A DNA stretch of 64,000 nucleotides, from assembly GCA_014762505.1 (NCBI GenBank), contig JABURS010000018.1, forward strand, positions 3,889 to 67,888, in the 5' to 3' direction. The position numbers were made by a program, and so were the translations under genes. This stretch comes from Chromatiales bacterium. GTDB lineage: Bacteria > Pseudomonadota > Gammaproteobacteria > SpSt-1174. Below are positions 62,770-64,000 of this stretch, piece by piece. Numbering within the stretch: position 1 is the stretch's first letter; every line of letters begins with the position of its first letter. A model generated the notes under the pieces. It worked only from the letters and a program-made list of their open reading frames with translations, did not search any database and was not told the origin of the DNA.

Positions 62770-63255
62770 TCAGAGCTTGCGCCGGTACTCGTGCAACAGC
62801 ACCACGGCATGGGCGGCGATGCCTTCCTCGCGACCGGCAAAGCCGAGGCGCTCGGTGGTGGTGGCCTTGACGTTGACCTGGTCGGTACCGCAGTGCAGGT
62901 CCTCGGCCAGGTTGATGCGCATGGCATCGATGTGGGGTGCGAGTTTGGGGGCCTGGGCGATGAGCGTGCTGTCGACGTTGCCGATCACCCAGCCCTGTTC
63001 GCGGGCGAGCTCCATCACCCTGCGCAGCAGGATGCGGCTGTCGATCCCCTTGTACTCGGGGCTGGTATCGGGGAAGTGACGGCCGATGTCGCCCAGGGCC
63101 AGGGCGCCGAGGATGGCGTCACACAGCGCATGGATGAGCACGTCGCCGTCGGAGTGGGCGGCGAAGGCCTTGCCATGCGGGATGCGCACCCCGCCGAGCA
63201 CGATGTGGTCGCCTTCGGTGAAGGCATGGACGTCGTAACCGTGACCGATGCGCAT
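62770..63255 (-). CDS. ispF: 2-C-methyl-D-erythritol 2,4-cyclodiphosphate synthase
   Basis: [12 protein letters not shown]...[11 protein letters not shown] zinc/metal motifs. Confidence 0.95.
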   Translation of the reverse strand: MRIGHGYDVHAFTEGDHIVLGGVRIPHGKAFAAHSDGDVLIHALCDAILGALALGDIGRHFPDTSPEYKGIDSRILLRRVMELAREQGWVIGNVDSTLIAQAPKLAPHIDAMRINLAEDLHCGTDQVNVKATTTERLGFAGREEGIAAHAVVLLHEYRRKL

Positions 63256-63270
63256 CGCGTCTGCTCCTGT

Positions 63271-63981
63271 CTATGCGTTTTCTGCCGCTTCCTGGCGCAG
63301 GAAGAACTCCGCCAGCGCCAGGTCCTCGGGACGAGTGATCTTGATGTTGTCACCCCGCCCCTCGACCAGCAAGGGGGCCTGGCCGACGTATTCCAGGGCC
63401 GAGGCCTCGTCGGTGATCACCGCACCCTCCGCCGCCGCCCGTGCCAGGGCCTCGCGCAGGGCGCCCAGGCGGAACATCTGCGGTGTGAGGGCGTGCCACA
63501 GACCCTCGCGCTCCTCGGTACGGTCGATGCCGCCGCGCTGCCCCGCCCGCTTCATGGTGTCGCGCACGGGCGTGGCCAGTATGCCGCCGGTGGCGTCGCC
63601 GATCAGGGCCTCGATGAGCCGGTCGATGTCGGAGGGACGCAGGCAGGGGCGGGCCGCATCGTGCACCAGGACCCAGTCATCGGTGGCGGCATGCGCGGCC
63701 AGCACGGCCAGGGCATTGCCCACCGAATCGCTGCGTTCCCTGCCGCCCGGGGCGATGAACAGCGGCTTTTGCGTGCGCACGGACAGCCCGGGCCAGTAGG
63801 CATCGTCCGCGCTCACGGCCAGCACGATGCCGGCGATCGCCGGGTGGGCGTCGAAGCGGGCGATGCTGTGTTCGAGCACGGTACGGCCCAGCAGGGAGAG
63901 GTATTGCTTGGGGCGGTCCGCGCGCATGCGCCTGCCGACGCCGGCGGCGGGGATCACGGCCCAGTAACGTACGCTGGTCAT
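63271..63981 (-). CDS. ispD: 2-C-methyl-D-erythritol 4-phosphate cytidylyltransferase
   Basis: AVIPAAGVGRRM P-loop-like motif, 236 aa; ispD-ispF tandem. Confidence 0.93.
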   Translation of the reverse strand: MTSVRYWAVIPAAGVGRRMRADRPKQYLSLLGRTVLEHSIARFDAHPAIAGIVLAVSADDAYWPGLSVRTQKPLFIAPGGRERSDSVGNALAVLAAHAATDDWVLVHDAARPCLRPSDIDRLIEALIGDATGGILATPVRDTMKRAGQRGGIDRTEEREGLWHALTPQMFRLGALREALARAAAEGAVITDEASALEYVGQAPLLVEGRGDNIKITRPEDLALAEFFLRQEAAENA

Positions 63982-64000
63982 GGTTCGGGGGTGTCTTGCG

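Overview
High-GC (about 68%) gammaproteobacterial chromosomal window, densely coded, with no IS elements, integrases or CRISPR arrays. The tmRNA tag ANDDNYALAA and the glyA-nrdR-rib-nusB-thiL-pgpA and lolCDE/comEC/exbBD-lpxK-kdsB syntenies resemble Pseudomonas-like Chromatiales or Oceanospirillales. Left to right the window carries a partial gacA/uvrY response regulator, a yceI-cybB pair with a divergent LysR regulator, and a patatin-like lipase. Next comes a triplicated 177-bp terminator plus tRNA-Glu 3'-end (att-like) repeat that merges into tRNA-Glu, then a small membrane ORF, tRNA-Ala and gltX. A kinase-less Ser/Thr signalling patch follows: a PP2C phosphatase, an overlapping small SHOCT-like membrane protein, a convergent FHA protein with a degenerate cyclase domain, and a retropepsin-like protease. 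The pgpA-thiL-nusB-ribH-ribBA-ribE-[HslV-like Ntn hydrolase]-ribD-nrdR-glyA operon is interrupted by the HslV-like gene. After that come an outer-membrane beta-barrel protein, an alpha/beta hydrolase, ettA with DUF155 and DUF815 genes, msrPQ, purL, tmRNA (ssrA), a CDF transporter, a P-type ATPase and nudF. The kdsB-ycaR-lpxK block is preceded by a divergent WaaA-N-terminal-like protein and exbBD; comEC, lolDC, aguAB, a Crp/Fnr regulator, mfd, mtnP, hpt, mscS, nagZ and polB follow. Near the right end are a CheW-like/TM/LysM protein, a diheme cytochrome c::DUF302 fusion with a DUF302 paralog, and ispF and ispD. Most long ORFs antisense to these genes are GC-driven artefacts. The most interesting items are the HslV-like gene embedded in the riboflavin operon, the CheW-TM-LysM architecture, the att-like tRNA-Glu repeat array, the WaaA-like pseudo-glycosyltransferase and the orphan PP2C/FHA module.
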